Source of the DNA: the human T2T-CHM13v2.0 reference genome, Homo sapiens
Direction: 5' to 3' (one strand)
DNA: 64,000 nucleotides
Assembly (NCBI RefSeq): GCF_009914755.1
Contig: NC_060937.1
The position numbers and the translations under genes are program-made. Under the pieces are notes generated by a model, which did not search any database, was not told the origin of the DNA, and saw only the letters and a list, made by a program, of their open reading frames with translations. Shown here piece after piece: positions 14,080-28,300 of this stretch. The number at the start of each line of letters is the position of its first letter. Positions within the stretch are counted from its first letter, which is position 1.

Positions 14080-17000
14080 TAGATGTATAGATATAGATAT
14101 ATCTGTGAATATCGATGAATGTCAATAAAAGATTGTACATATTGACCACTAAGTAGTTCTATTGACCAACCCTATATGTTATTTACAAAATAATTTCTAT
14201 GATTTATTTCGTGTTAAGATCTAAAATGTAAAACTCTTATGTTTTCCAGCTTAGTAATGGAACATATTCTGAGTTGACAGAGATTTAAATTGACTGAGAA
14301 AATAGTAAATGACTATTTTGACATCCAGATTTTATATTCCCTAACACTCTAGATATTCATCTCATTGGTCTAATTCAGTAGGTACCACATGAAAAATGTG
14401 TTTACGTTTACAACCCAAAGGTCTAGGAGTTTATAATTTTTTAAAACAATTTAATATACGTAAGTCCATATAATTGTTGGCTATGGAAATGCCTTTAATG
14501 AAATAAAATGTAAAAATAAATTGATATGTATTAATGCTATTTCCTGCTCAAAGAGAAGATGCTCAGCTTTTCTATTCTTGATATATAGCTAATTTATAGA
14601 AATCTACTAAACATTAATAATTTGTTTCTAAGTTATCAGCTTGAGTTAAAAGACACATATAAAAGAGACATATGTCATTCTGAGGAATAATCATTCTTTA
14701 ACCTGAGGAAAAGCTCTCTTTGGGACATCCTTGGCTATTTTCTGTCCCTCTTATAGCACTTGACTTTCATAAGACCTCTGGGATTATTTTTATTCATAAC
14801 ATTTTGTCCATGCCCTTGCCAAACTCCACTATACACTCTAAACCACATATGCATATGAGTTTTCGTTTTCCTCCTTAATAGACCTTGAAATTTCTGTCTT
14901 AATGCCAACAATTAGTCAAACTGAGGGTTTCCATTAACTGTGCAGGTTCCCTGACTAATGTCTCAGGGTAATAATATATTTTAACCCTGGTTGCAGTTTT
15001 AGAGTACCATAAGTGTCTTAAATTTGCCATTGTCTCCCTTTAAGCAATAAATTCTTCATTCTCTCAGCTAGTTTTCAATATAAGCTAGAATATTGACCTA
15101 TTGGGTCTTTTTCACCTGTTTACACAAGTTTAAAGAGCACAGTTTTAGGGTTGGCTTAAAGGAGGAATTGTATTTAATTACAAAATTAATAAGAATATAT
15201 ATTCTAAAACAATCTTCTAGGTCTCAGGTTTATTATGAACAACAGATAAGAATGAGAATCATAACATTAAGCATGAAAATTTATAACACAAAAATATAAT
15301 ACAAAACTAAATTGTGCTTAATATAAGTGAAACACAGCTCCAACATATATCTTACTGGTTAAACTAAACCAATGGAACCAATAGTCTTTGCAAAAGAGTT
15401 GCCCCTTCATTAATATTAAAAAAAAAAACCTAATGATTAAATATTCATACCATAATGTTAGGCTGCTGAAATAATGTGATTCATAATCTTCTATAGCCTT
15501 ATAGAATCAAATAGTTCAATTTATAAAATGTCTTCTTGTATTGAAATAACAGAGATTCATTTTTTGTCTCCATAACCAGCATAATGATCGTATCAAGCCT
15601 CCTTAGTCCAATGGGCCGAAAGAATGATACCGTCCTGTGATTTTTGCCCTGCTCTCAGAGGATACTTTTGGAAAGAAAAAAATGATCTCTGCAGTAGCAT
15701 TCAAGCTGCTCAGCTAGAGTCAGAATTACGTTTAATTTTGTCTCCAAGTGCTGTCAGTCATATTGTAACAGAGGACTGGAAAGATTCAAGCTCTATTTCC
15801 AACACAAAGGCAATGGAGATCCCTTATTTATTTTCATAAATTCCTTTAATCCATACAGCACACATTGGAGAATTCTCCACCTCTTTTCCAGAGCCCCAGT
15901 GAGCAACTAATGGTGGATTCCTCCCTCAAAGTTGAGTTATTTTTTTGTTTTCCCCAAAGCATTCATGAATTATGTAGGAGCACTCTAGTAGAGAATCTAT
16001 ATATTTTTGGTGTCTCTAAACACAGATTGATCATCTTAGCAAAATGTATTAAACACTCTTATTGTATATCTGCTTTAATTTTTTTTTAAAAAACTGTGAA
16101 TGTATCATAAAACTTCATTTTTCTGTCAAAAAAGAAAAACCCTCCACCCAGTTATCATGAAAAATAAACCCAACCTTAATGTTAATGCTAATGTGAATCT
16201 ATCAAAATGTTTTAATGCAATAAAATAAAATAAAGTAAAACAGGATTTCATGAAGAATTCATAGGAGTTTCAGATTTTGGTACAATGTTATCAAACTTTA
16301 GAACACAGTTGTCACCATTCTAACATTTACAGATACAATCATTGGTTTTTAAATCCCAAATTTAGAAAATGCAACTCAAAGATACAAGCCAATTGATTTA
16401 CAAAAATAAATTATATATCCTTTTCTAAAACTGATTTTTTAAAAACAACTGTGTAATACCTTAAAGATGATAATTAATAATTGCCTATGAATAAGACTAT
16501 GATTATTTTTAATACAAAAGGGATTACAAGAACTATAGAATATTATCAAGAAAAGCCAATCAATGTTGAATAACAAATACTCCTTGATCTATTGTAATTT
16601 GGAACAAAATCTGATTCCATTTAATAGAAACTAGTAATTCCCAGTAACTATTGTTAAGAAAGCTTAAGTTTCAAAATTATGTAAGAAACTCAAGCTTTAT
16701 TTGCAAACATATTTGACCCTTATTTCAGCCCTGTATAAGGCAACATTTGGCAAATTTTAAATGTGTAAAACATTTGTACCAGTCCTAAATCTTAACAAGT
16801 AGTTTTACTAAATCTATAATAAGGTCTTGCTTCATTTGTTCAACAAACTATGCAAACACACAATTTTTCTTCTCATAATTCTATTAGACTTGCAAATTAA
16901 AAGAAACAGATGAAATTTCCCTATTTTTCAACATAGACCTCTATTTATTGGTGCTTTGTCCTATTTATCCTTCATGAGTCAGTATCCCAGAGGTTGTGGT

Positions 17001-19004
17001 GTAATACTGCCCTTATTCTTAGACGATAGGCTATGTGTGGGGCGGGATGAAGAAAAGTTTTCCAGAAACTCTTCAGTAGAATTTTATAAAAATCTTTTTG
17101 TAGCCACATCTTTGGTGAATTATAGCACTGTGACTCATTTGCTTTTATTGTATCATTTAATGTAAATCTAACTTTATATAAATCTATTTGTCTCTACCTA
17201 TCAAATATGTATGATTAGTTTATCAAAAGATGAAGTTATACACCCCCTTTGAAATCTTACTGTCTTTATCTTTATAATAGACCTAGGAATGGAAATATTT
17301 ACTTAAAATATTACACTTTATGTGGTGCACAGTATTGGATTTGGGAAGAGTGTGGTCTGAATATTCTCTGAAAGTAAAATTTTGCCTTGTCACTCTGCTA
17401 CCATATTTCAAAGCTTAAAGATAAATATCCTCATAATGTTAATTTAATCAACTAACATTAATTATCTATTATTCTCCATATATCAGGGAGAATGAAAAAT
17501 ACATAAGACATGAAACCTATTCAGGGAAAACTTAAAATGTGAATTGACTCTAAAGTGTTTGGATATTCTAGTGCTCAAAAATACCTGTTTATTATTCTGA
17601 ATATAGGTATAAATTATTTTAAAAGTAGGTAGGAAGTAAATTATTTAACACATAGCATTTGCTTACTGATCTAACAAAACAGTGGCAAATAAGAATAAAC
17701 TGACCTTTTGTTTCATTAAGTATAGTCCTAAGTGATAAGTTCAGGTGGAAAATCAATTAGCTTTTTAACACACTAAATGAGAGGAAATAAACTTGCTTAT
17801 AAAGCTGAGTGAGAAAGTCACCCAGTTACAGATTTAGAACTTGCATATTAATCAGTTGTAGGCTATCAGTTTCCTATTTATAGTATTTTATTTGTTAGTC
17901 TTACGAAATCTATGTATGGAAAAGACAAACTCATTAAAGACAAGGGGAACTTCGAATTGTGCAATTTTAAAATATACACTATTGTGACCAATTAATCTTA
18001 TTTCTGTAAAGCTGCTAAATGATCAATCTTCCAGGGCTGGATTAATAGCGAAGGTTTGTCCATGACATGTCCTCTCTTTCTTAAAACAAAAGCTATTTTG
18101 AATCACTAGGTCATAAAGTAGTGATGTGATTCTGTGCTTCAACAGATGGCACAATTGAAGAAAGGCCAAGCTCTTTATGGTAAATGGCACACAACTGGAC
18201 TTAGGGATGCCTGAGAGCCTCAGAAAATAAATGCAATGGCTTCTCTTTTTGTTTTGTTGTTATTGTTCCCTGGATTATTAGTTTTCTTTCAGAAGAAATT
18301 GCCGGTGAGCCTATTATTTTAGATCACTATGAATTCAGTTTCCTAAGGTTTGAGTCTGTTTTCTTGTTTTTTTTCCCCCCCTTGGTTATGTAAGACAATT
18401 ACTTTTTCTGGGCTGCAATTCTAATAAGTGTTCTGGAAAAACAAACAAAGGTGATATGAATGACAGGAGAGTAATGGGTTGTGAGGCCAATAAGTGTGGG
18501 AAATATATCATATGTTTCTCATAGAAACAGAATATTGTATTGGATTTTGTGAATACATACTCCTATAATCTGAAATCTTATAAGAACTATTACTTAAGTT
18601 ATTTAATGCAGTATTTCTCTAAATTTTAAAATCAAGAAATCCTTTTTTGGAGGCCACGAGTTTTGATATTACTTCGACCTTTGGAATCACGGACCACAGT
18701 TCTATAAATAGCAGAGTCAACATAGATTATATTAGAAGTCATAAGAGGGAAGCATGTTTTTCATCTTAAGCAAGTATATTCTGACATCTTAGCTCACTTC
18801 ATGTTTAGTACTGGAAGGCAAAATGAATTGCTGATAGCATGGACTATTAGTATTATTTCAGAAATAATATTATAGGTACATCCATTGATAGATGCTATGC
18901 CAAGCAAAATAAACCAAAGACCCTTGAAGACAGCTAATACAGAGTTTTCAAAATCAAATACAATAGTTGTTCCAATTCTATAATTGATTTGGTGAGGGAA
19001 TAAT

Positions 19005-19302
19005 TTTTTTTTTTTTTTGAGACGGAGTCTCGCTCTGTCGCCCAGGCTGGAGGGCAGTGGCGCGATCTGGGCTCACTGCAAGCTCCGCCTCCCGGGTTCA
19101 CGCCATTCTCCTGCCTCAGCCTCCTGAGTAGCTGCGACGACAGAGGCCGGCCACCACGCCCGGCTAATTTTTTGTATTTTTAGTGGAGACAGGGTTTCAC
19201 TGTGTTAGCCAGGATGGTCTCAATCACCTGACCTCGTGATCCGCCCGCCGCCTCAGCCTCCCAAAGTGCTGGGATTACAGGCGTGAGCCACCGCGCCCGG
19301 CC
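19005..19302 (-). mobile_element. AluY
   Basis: AluY diagnostics (gcaagctccgcctcccgggttcacgccattc); TSD tggtg(a/g)gggaa(t/g)aat. Confidence 0.93.
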
Positions 19303-19419
19303 TGGTGGGGGAAGAATTTTTGTTGTACAATCAGGAGTCAGAATTTCCCTTCCAATACTATAGGACAACTGGAAAGTGATAAAAAAGCAAAATCCTCTAG
19401 TCTCATTTGCCGAGGTGAT

Positions 19420-19595
19420 GGAGAAAAGTAGACTTTACACGTTCTCACCACATACAAAAAAAGATAACTACGTGAGGGGATGAATATGTTAATTCGCTTG
19501 CTTTAATCTTTCAACAACGTATACATATATCAAAACATCCCGTTGTATCCCATAAATATATATACAATACTATTTGTCAGATAAATAAAACTTTT
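19420..19595 (+). mobile_element. L1MA-type 3' end fragment
   Basis: gttctcaccac...ataactacgtgagg gatgaatatgttaatt...catatatcaaaacatc...aataaa matches the L1M 3'UTR terminus. Confidence 0.75.
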
Positions 19596-20199
19596 TTAAA
19601 GATAAAGATTGAGAAAGATAAATTTTAAAATATCTGATTGATTTAAAAAAAGGTGATTTGGCTCCTTAGCATATTTTATTTATATGCAATAAGAAGCACT
19701 ATTTCTGCCAAACATGCCCATTGAAACGCTAGGATTAAACATGCACTTGTTTAAACTACCACACTGCTATTAAATTTTTTAAAACATCACATCTCTTGCA
19801 AAAAAAATTATTAAACCATTTCATCACATCCTAGGGCTATGTAGTTTGAGGTGTTTTTGTTTCTTTCTATAGACTGGCTAAAATCAGCTACCATGAAGAG
19901 ATTTAGATGAAGCTTAGTTGGTAGAGGCACAGAAGGAAGAGAAATGACATTTTAGAGTATCAGTTACGGCCCAATGAGTAGAACAAGTGAGGAAGGATGT
20001 GAATTTAATTGTATTAAATTCTAAAAATCATGTATTTACTTCATGGTAGATATGGAATGGTGAAATATGACTACAAGATAGCATTGTATACCTATCATCC
20101 CAGGAAAAACAACAAGCATGTGGGTGTCAGAAAAGTGTCACAGAAGATTTAGGTGGATAGACACTGACAATCTTTCATCAAGTTAAAATGCATTTAAGT

Positions 20200-20600
20200 C
20201 CCTCAGTCCTGGATTTGAATTTTGGCTCTGACACTTCGCGGTGTACTCTTGAGCAAGTTGCTTTCTCATCCTGATTCTTTATTTATAAAATAGTGATTTT
20301 AAAAATTGCCTACCAGATAGGATTATTTTGAGGATTTTTAAAAATTATAAAATTTTTCTCTCCTATTAATAAATAGCTAATTCTTTCTGAAACTTCATAA
20401 TGTCTCAACGGTTGTTTTAACGATTACTATATTCTCTTTCATGACACTTTCACATTCATATTCACATTGATATATTCACTATATTGCTTGAGGTAGGTAC
20501 TATTGTTGTCATTCATGTATTATAGGTAAGAAAATCAACATGCTATAAGGTTAGTAACTTGGTTAAGTTCACACAGTTGATAGTTCCAAGAGCTATTATT
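20200..20600. mobile_element. MIR fragments (two, opposite orientations)
   Basis: cctggatttgaattttggctctgacact...gagcaagtt (sense core); gaggtaggtactatt...gttagtaacttggttaagttcacacag (antisense core). Confidence 0.6.
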
Positions 20601-20611
20601 AGAAATGGTAC

Positions 20612-20925
20612 AGTTACAGGTTACTAAGCAGGTAGCTAGTCAGAGAGGAGCAGGGCAGGAGAGAGACCTCCCCCTCCCAACCCTACACCAGTAATGTCAG
20701 GTGACCATCATGTGATGGTCAGGCAGTTGCTAGCTGTCTCTCTAAAATAATTGATTGCAGCTGGCCACAGGGACAAGCAGTCCCCCAATAGATAGAAAAA
20801 CTTGAAGCTGGTAATCAGCAGCTTCCAAATAATAATATCTGAGGAGTCTGGAGAGTGGGCTCAAGCATGTACACTAAGAGGCAAAATAGAGAAATTTAAC
20901 TGATATATGACTCCTAGGAACATTC
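20612..20925 (+). mobile_element. MER50-family ERV1 LTR fragment
   Basis: gcagggcaggagag...aatgtcaggtgaccatcatgtgatggtcaggcagtt...tctctaaaataattg resembles the MER50 5' half. Confidence 0.65.
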
Positions 20926-21202
20926 AATTGATCAAATATGATTAATTTACTATAATCCTCTTCAACCATGGTTTTATTCCAGGCCTACTTTTATACTACA
21001 TTTACAACAATATTTGGATGAATTAACTGGAATAATTTTTTAAATATATAGATTGAGTAGGAAAATATATGTACAAATGTTCTATATAATTTTGAAAATT
21101 CTATACAATTTGTATAAAGTAAAATATTTTGAAGACATTTTAATGAACATATAATAAAAATCCAATTTGAGTTGTATTAGGTACCTTATGGTTAGTTCAA
21201 CC

Positions 21203-21572
21203 TAGGGATTGGCAAATTACCAGAACAATTCTGATACCAGATCAATTCTGATACCAGACCTGATTTTATGCTCCCTGTGAGCAAAGAATGGCTTTTATAT
21301 TTTTAAGTGCTTGAAAAAAATTTAAAAATAATATTTTGTGACACATAAAATTTATATAAAATTCAAATTTTTGTGCCCGTAAATAAAGTTTAAATTTTGC
21401 CAATAAAAATGTTTGGGAATTTGTTTTCTCTCTTATTTTACACATAATATCTGCATAATATACTTACGTACATAATAACAACATAATATCCTTGATTTTG
21501 CATCTTAGCCCATAACACCCAAAATACTTATTATCTGGCCCCTTACAAAAAATGTTTTCTGACAATTTGATT
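21203..21572. mobile_element. MER58-like hAT-Charlie element
   Basis: agggattggcaaa ... ttattatctggccccttacaaaaaatgtt; contains a 17-bp tandem duplication (caattctgataccagat) near 21226. Confidence 0.65.
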
Positions 21573-22689
21573 CTAGTCCAACAGTCTCATTGTAAATATG
21601 AAAATTGAGGTTTATTAAAATCAAAAGACTTGCCTAACAGAACTAGTTAGAGGAGAACATAATCCAGAATCAAGACTCTCTGCCCATAGGTTCATTTTTG
21701 TGGACCCCCAAATGATTCCAAGGGCTTTGAACTCTGTAGTAACATGGGGCTGTATTATGAGAAACTAACCAGTGCTTTCATCCAGCTTTTAACTTTCTTT
21801 TAAAAAATAAGCAGGGTATTTACAATATGGTATCAAATCTATACAGAAATAACTAAAGCTACTCAGAGCTTTACGAAGGGGAAAAATTGTTCTTATATCA
21901 TATCCAAAACTATTATCTGAATTACAGCAGTACTAAAATTAAGAAAAAAAAAGTAATCACAATTTACTTAGAAAATTAAGTTCAATTAGACTTAGGTTGT
22001 TAAGGATTAGAGACAGTTAATGATAGTGAGCTGAATGTGCACATAAATGGTTTTATAAAGAAAACATTATTTTTTAACAAAAATTGTGCTGCCTACACAA
22101 AGTTTGGGCTCAATACCAAATGTTGTGTATGTTTTCTGAAGAGCTTGTCAAACCACAGAGTTGTACACAAGCAAAGGTAAAATAAAAACCTTCCAAAACA
22201 GAGACCAACATTTAACTAACTACCAAATAAAAGTAATCTGATTCTCATTCTTGTGTTGATTACTAAAGATAAGCTTTCTTTGTCAGAAATCTTTCCTCTT
22301 AGAAAATAAAAGTCTAAGTCTTCAGTCAGTGGTAATGGATAAGGTTAGTTACTTCATTCTCATTCTGAAATATGCCTATTAAAGCAGAACTTAAGCGTTT
22401 CAAGTTAAGCTTTACATTGTACCTTTATGTCACAATCTATTTTCATCCTTTTCCACACGATTTTAGCTGTTTTTACTTGATTTTCAGAAAATAATATTTT
22501 ACTAACTTCTGGTTTGGGGAAAAATTACAGATATTACAGATATCAATTACGTTTCATACCTTTTCTATATTAGTTGTGTCTAAAAACAAGTTTACATTTA
22601 ATTTTCAATAAATCTTCCTTGAAGATAAAGTACACCAGTTAAATGCAACCAAAGGTTTAGTTTTTAATCTGTAAAATGTAGCCATCAAT

Positions 22690-23600
22690 AAAAGAGTAAT
22701 GCTAAATTCTAAGTCCATATTTTACTTCCTAAACGCTCCTTGAGTTCCATATGCCCATTAGCAGCCTACCCAGCATATGTAAATAGGCAATCTCAAATGT
22801 AAATACTAAAGTTAACTCTACAACTAAAACCTGCTTCCTCCAGCCTTTTCCTCTCAATAAAAGGCATAGTCAAGTTAGTCAAGTTGGTTGATTAAAAAAA
22901 AAAATCACAAAATTATTTTCCTTTTCTTAGTCCCCACAGCAACAATATTCCTCCAGCCATCTCCACTGCTGTCACTATTGTCCAAGATACCATCATCTCT
23001 TACCCAAACTCTACAACAGTAGCTGTTTGTCTTGTACTTTGACACCATAATTCATTCCACTTTTTAAAAAGCCTAAAAGGTTATCTAAATATACTACTTT
23101 GATCATATCACTTGTGAGTTTGAAACTTTCTGTTATACTTGAAATATAATCTAAATTACTTGCTATAACCTATAAAGCATTATCTGGCTTACCTTTGCCT
23201 CTCTATGTTTGTCTGCTATGGGGGCCAGACTTCAGCCACTTTTCCTTTTTAGTTTTCAAACATTTTTAAATTACAATATATTGTACTTGGTGATTTATTT
23301 TCCAAAATCTCTGTTGCTCCAAATATTAAAATGCGTGTTCCTTTCTTATCATTTTTCACATAATTCGAGTCTTATCTGCTCAGAGAGAAATTCTCTGATG
23401 ACCCTAAAAGAAAGGAGGAGATCATTTTTTTCATTCATAGCTCTTCAGTATTCAAGTTTATGTTATCTGTTACTTATTGTTTTATGTTCTTCTGTAATCC
23501 TCTATAGAATGTAAATTCAGGTAAACAGAAGCATAGTCTGTTCTGTATAGCTTTAAAATCTCCGCATAAGTGTCCGGTATATAGTAAATGATCAATAAAT
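22690..23600 (+). mobile_element. L2 3' region fragments
   Basis: catctccactgctgtcactattgtccaagataccatcatctctt; terminus tagaatgtaa...tcaataaatat. Confidence 0.6.
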
Positions 23601-24048
23601 ATATGTATTATAAATACTGCAGATGGGACAGCAGATATCTCTTCAATAAACTGATTTTTTTTTTCTGGGTATATACCTAGTAGTGGGATTTTTGCATCAT
23701 ATATGGTTGTTCTATCAATCAAGGTAAAATTGCTATCATCCCACTTGTTTTCCTGTTCCTTTTCGTATTTTGAATTTGGTATAATTAAGATGTAGCTCCC
23801 TAACATAATGCTATGTTGGCTCCTCGAAACATTTTGGGCTATATGATACATTTACTACTGACACTTGTATTCTGAAGAACTCACTTTATTTTAAAGGCTG
23901 TAGTGAAAATATTTCTCATTCATCGTTTAAAAGACAACATAAATATAGGTTGAAATTTATCTTCTGGTAGTATGTTGTACCAGTTTCATATATTATGAAC
24001 TAAAAATCCTGAATTTATAAAACAGAATAACCCTGTTTCCAGTCTATG

Positions 24049-24808
24049 TGAGGACTAAGCTCTGAATTTTTTATCTTGCCCAAATTCCTACCTAAGGGGT
24101 CTACGGAGTCATGCCCTACAAATCATAAATTCTCATCAGATGGGTTTTATTTGACCCTATATATCATGACTTACTTTTCAGTCTGACTCTGGCATAACAC
24201 TACAAGACAAGGGAAAAAAATATTTAACCCCAAAATATATTTCCTTGCCATACCTTGAAATTGCCCTGTAAAAATCTCTTGTGGGAAAAATCCACATCCT
24301 ATGGAGAATCCCTTTTCCGCTTCGTTTTCCTTCCTTTCTTTCCAGATCCAAGGGATAATCAGCTAACAGCCAGGCACCCTTTTAGGTCTGATGAGAAACA
24401 TTTTACAAACCTGCTCTCTCTCTGAAGTCTGCTATCTGAGAGAATCATCTGCACAATAAAATTCAGTCTCCATAATCTTTTATCTTAACCTGAACATTCC
24501 TTTCCATTGATCCCAGGTCTTCAGATAAACTCAACCGTCAACCAGAAAATGTTTAAATTTACCGGTAACCTGGAAGCCCCCGCTTTGAATTGTCCCGCCT
24601 TTCTGAACCAAACCAATGTACTTCTTAAATGTATCTGATTGATGTCTCATGCCTCCCTAAAATATATAAAACCAAACTGTACCCCGACCACCTTGGGCAC
24701 ATGTTCTCAGGACCCCCTGAGGGCTGTGTGATGGGCCATGGTCACTCATATTTGGCTCGGAATAAATCTCTTAAAATATTTTACAGTGTTTGACTCTTTT
24801 CGCCGACA
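24049..24808 (+). mobile_element. MER4E-like ERV1 solo LTR (760 bp)
   Basis: TG...CA termini (tgaggactaagctctga ... cttttcgccgaca); TATA-like tatataaaa ~24663; AATAAA ~24761; near-TSD tatg/taag. Confidence 0.8.
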
Positions 24809-25058
24809 TAAGGATTTAATTGCTCATCAAATACGTAAATTGGGCTTGTAGGGATGGAAATTTAATAGGCAAAATATTAGCTATCCATGAAAAGAATACT
24901 GAAAAAAAAGGCTCTATTTTGTAAAAAATTGTAGCATAAAAATCTTTCAACTGGCTATTAGTAATGTCATACTCATGCAAATAATGCTCAAATGTGCTCT
25001 CATCTTACTTTCTTCTTAATTTGATGTTATAAATTTTGAGTTAAAATAGTAACATGAC

Positions 25059-25352
25059 GGCCGGGCGCTGTGGCTCACGCTTGTAATCCCAGCACTTTGG
25101 GAGGCCGAGGCGGGCGGATCACGAGGTCAGGGGATCGAGACCACAGTGAAACCCCGTCTCTACTAAAAATACAAAAAATTAGCCGGGCTTGGTGGCGGGC
25201 GCCTGTAGTCCCAGCTACTCGGAGAGGCTGAGGCGGGAGAATGGCGTGAACCCGGGAGGAGGAGCTTGTAGTGAGCAGAGATCGCGCCACTGCACTCCAG
25301 CCTGGGCGACAAAGCGAGACTCCGTCTCAAAAAAAAAAAAAAAAAAAAAAAA
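25059..25352 (+). mobile_element. Young AluY with 12-bp left-arm deletion (AluYd-lineage-like)
   Basis: gatcgagacca|cagtgaaaccc lacks tcctggctaaca; CpG-rich; pure A tail; perfect TSD aaaatagtaacatgac. Confidence 0.9.
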
Positions 25353-28300
25353 ATAGTAACATGACATTCCATGTAATTCAATTCTTGGAGATTACTGCTA
25401 TTTCCAGCTGTTAGTTTCTCGGCTTCAAGTCTTGTTTCTCATAAGATAAAATACCCTCCTGGAATACTCTACTTTTTACGTATTAATGTCTCATTATTCC
25501 AAATACCATCTGTATCATGAAATCTGATTGTTGGAGCGCTGACTGTTATGGTGAAAAATACAAATATCATCCAATCAAAGTTTTGCTGAAAAATTAAAAA
25601 AGTAACATTTCCTGATCAAGAAAAAAATTAAGGGTTCTCTCTCTCATTAAAGCATGTGCTGAGATATAGGAAAACATTTAGTCATTGAGAAAAAAGAGGG
25701 ATTAATAGCATTAAACTATTTACTTAAGTAACTTAGTCATTTCAATCTCTTTAGATTCATTTGATAATTAGTTAAGCCAATTTACATCCATGATTTAAAA
25801 ACATTGAGAAGTTCACTAACGTTAATATCAACTTAGTTATGACAAAGCCATATCCAACAATTTACTGTATAAGCTACCAAAAAACACACTGATGGTAAAT
25901 ATGCCCAATCAAGTAAAGTTAACTGGATTCACAACTAAATCAAATTCGCTACAAAATTTATCTAATTGGACATAAATTAGTACATAATTATTGTATGATA
26001 CCATGTCATATTTAATAGAACAAAATATTTCAGATATAATAATTTAGTCATGTAGAATTATTTTAATTATATGACAGGTTTTTTAATAAATAATAATACC
26101 TGGACTAAAATATACAGATTCTACTACAGTATAGAGGCAATGCATAGTTTCAAATTCCTTAACTATTTTGTAATCTTATTATTTTATGGAAGAGGCAGTA
26201 AACTCTATATAAGCACAGAATATTATCCAAATCCTATTACTATCATAATGATGTGAATTTCTTTTTTTTTTCATATGCAGCTTGGAAATGTTAAACAAGA
26301 TATTGATTTAAAATGGAAAAGTGCACAGTCAATGTCACAGAATCTGGTAACAGCCATTATTGTTTATGGTGCTAGTGACCCTTTTCCACTTATCCTCCTT
26401 CCCTGGGAAGCAAAGACTGCTTCTTTGATAATGCTGTGGAGTGGCCATTTATCATCTATATTTGAGGCACTTTCATTTTTCACTATATATTGACTTTTTC
26501 TATCGATATGCTACAGCTGAGCATGTTTCATTCGTGTATTCTTCTGCCAAGAAATGGAGTTGGAAGCAAAGAGAAAAAGACATATAAGTCAGTAAATGCA
26601 TGGCTTAGCTTATTCCTTCCTGCTTGTTAAACCTTTGGACTTGTGCATCTGGACATTACTACTAAGTAATTGAATATTACGTTTTACTAAACAAAAAAAA
26701 TAGCAAGATGATTATTAGCTTTACGGTAAAATTGTAAAATTATATACAATATTATATTAAAGCTTCTATAATCTAAATCTATTATATATATAAATAACAA
26801 AAATCAAACCTAAGTGCCCAGAGACTGTTTCTAAACTTCTTATAATATAAAATATTTTATTTAATTTTCTAATGTCATGTCTGATTTCTTAGATAAGTAC
26901 AATTGAAAAATTATCAGTCATTCACTTGTCCTGATAAAAACTGGTTTGATTATTTCTTTTTAGAATGCTTGTTAGAAAACTCTTCATGAAGTTATAAAAT
27001 AACAGGAATTATTCCCATTTCACAGAAAAAGAAGTGAAAATAACACTACTGAAGTAATTAAATTACTTCTATCATTTAAAACACTGTTTTAAGATTTTCA
27101 TCTATTTGACTAATAAAACTGATGTAATGATTGCACTTTTTCAAATGATTCAAAACCTAAATTACTTGAAAGAAACACAAAATGTTCTAGTGGCATTCTT
27201 TAAACACTGCCAGTTATGCACTGGTCTATAATTCCAATGATGTATATATCTCACCTTTGTGGGGCATAAACTACTTGAGGGTTGAAGTGCCTTATTTTCC
27301 CAAGAGAGCTTCTATGATATTTTTTATGTGGCAAGTGCCCAATTAATGTTGCCAATTGAATATTTATGTCTAACACATTCAAAAGTCTTCAAACTATTAG
27401 GTAATTCTCCAATAACCTTTGTGTGAAGTTCATGTATAAAATGTAATTATATTTCAAGTGTGTAACATAATATATATTTAGCAGGTAAGTGGAAAAAGAG
27501 TAATTAATTGGTTATTGAGGTCTAAGCCAATAAAGTGAAATTGCTAGTCAGTTGAGGGAAAGGGTTATACTGGGCTTAATCATCAAAGATGATTTCTTCA
27601 GTGGTTTATTTCATTTTAAAACTGTAGTTTTTAAACACTTAATTTGTTATTATCTTAACTATTCAATTTTTTTCTGAAATCTGATCGAGTTTTGGTAGAT
27701 CATAACAAATTGTAATAGGTCACAACAAATTTAGCTCACGTTTCAAAATTTGTTATTAATAGATGGCTTCATGAAACCACTTAGTAGCATTTCTTTTCAA
27801 TGCCAAGAAGAAAATTTTGTATGTCTTCATGTTATAATAACATTTTGATAACACTATAGATGAAAGAAAATGACAGGGGATTATAAGAAAGGTATTTAAT
27901 TTAGCCCTCTTTATGGTTCAGGGCCATGTTAAAGCAAATCATGTAACTTAAAAATCTTCAGTATGCATGTGCTATATCTGTTGATATCATGCAGAGTTCA
28001 TCTCTTAGATTAAATGAATAGATTTCAATAATAGAGAAAATGTATCAAAAGTTAACACATGCTAAAATTAAATATTTAGCACATTTTATATTTCCATTTT
28101 TCTTTAAATAAGTATACAAATAAAAATAAGATTTATAAATTAGCAGGACTGCTGAATTAGAAACCACTATTTTCAATATTACACTAACACATTATAAACA
28201 GAACTTCCATGTTCACCCTTGCAAATTCATCTACCTCTCTCTACCTACTAAATAACATTAGAAATCCGAAAAAGCTAAATTAACAAACTGTCTTTATAAT

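Noticed and set aside
21220-21260. Short direct repeats (also 48956-48997 and 61285-61385) as a possible CRISPR-like array
   Set aside because: Only 2-3 abutting units with no unique spacers, all inside transposon relics in a mammalian genome.
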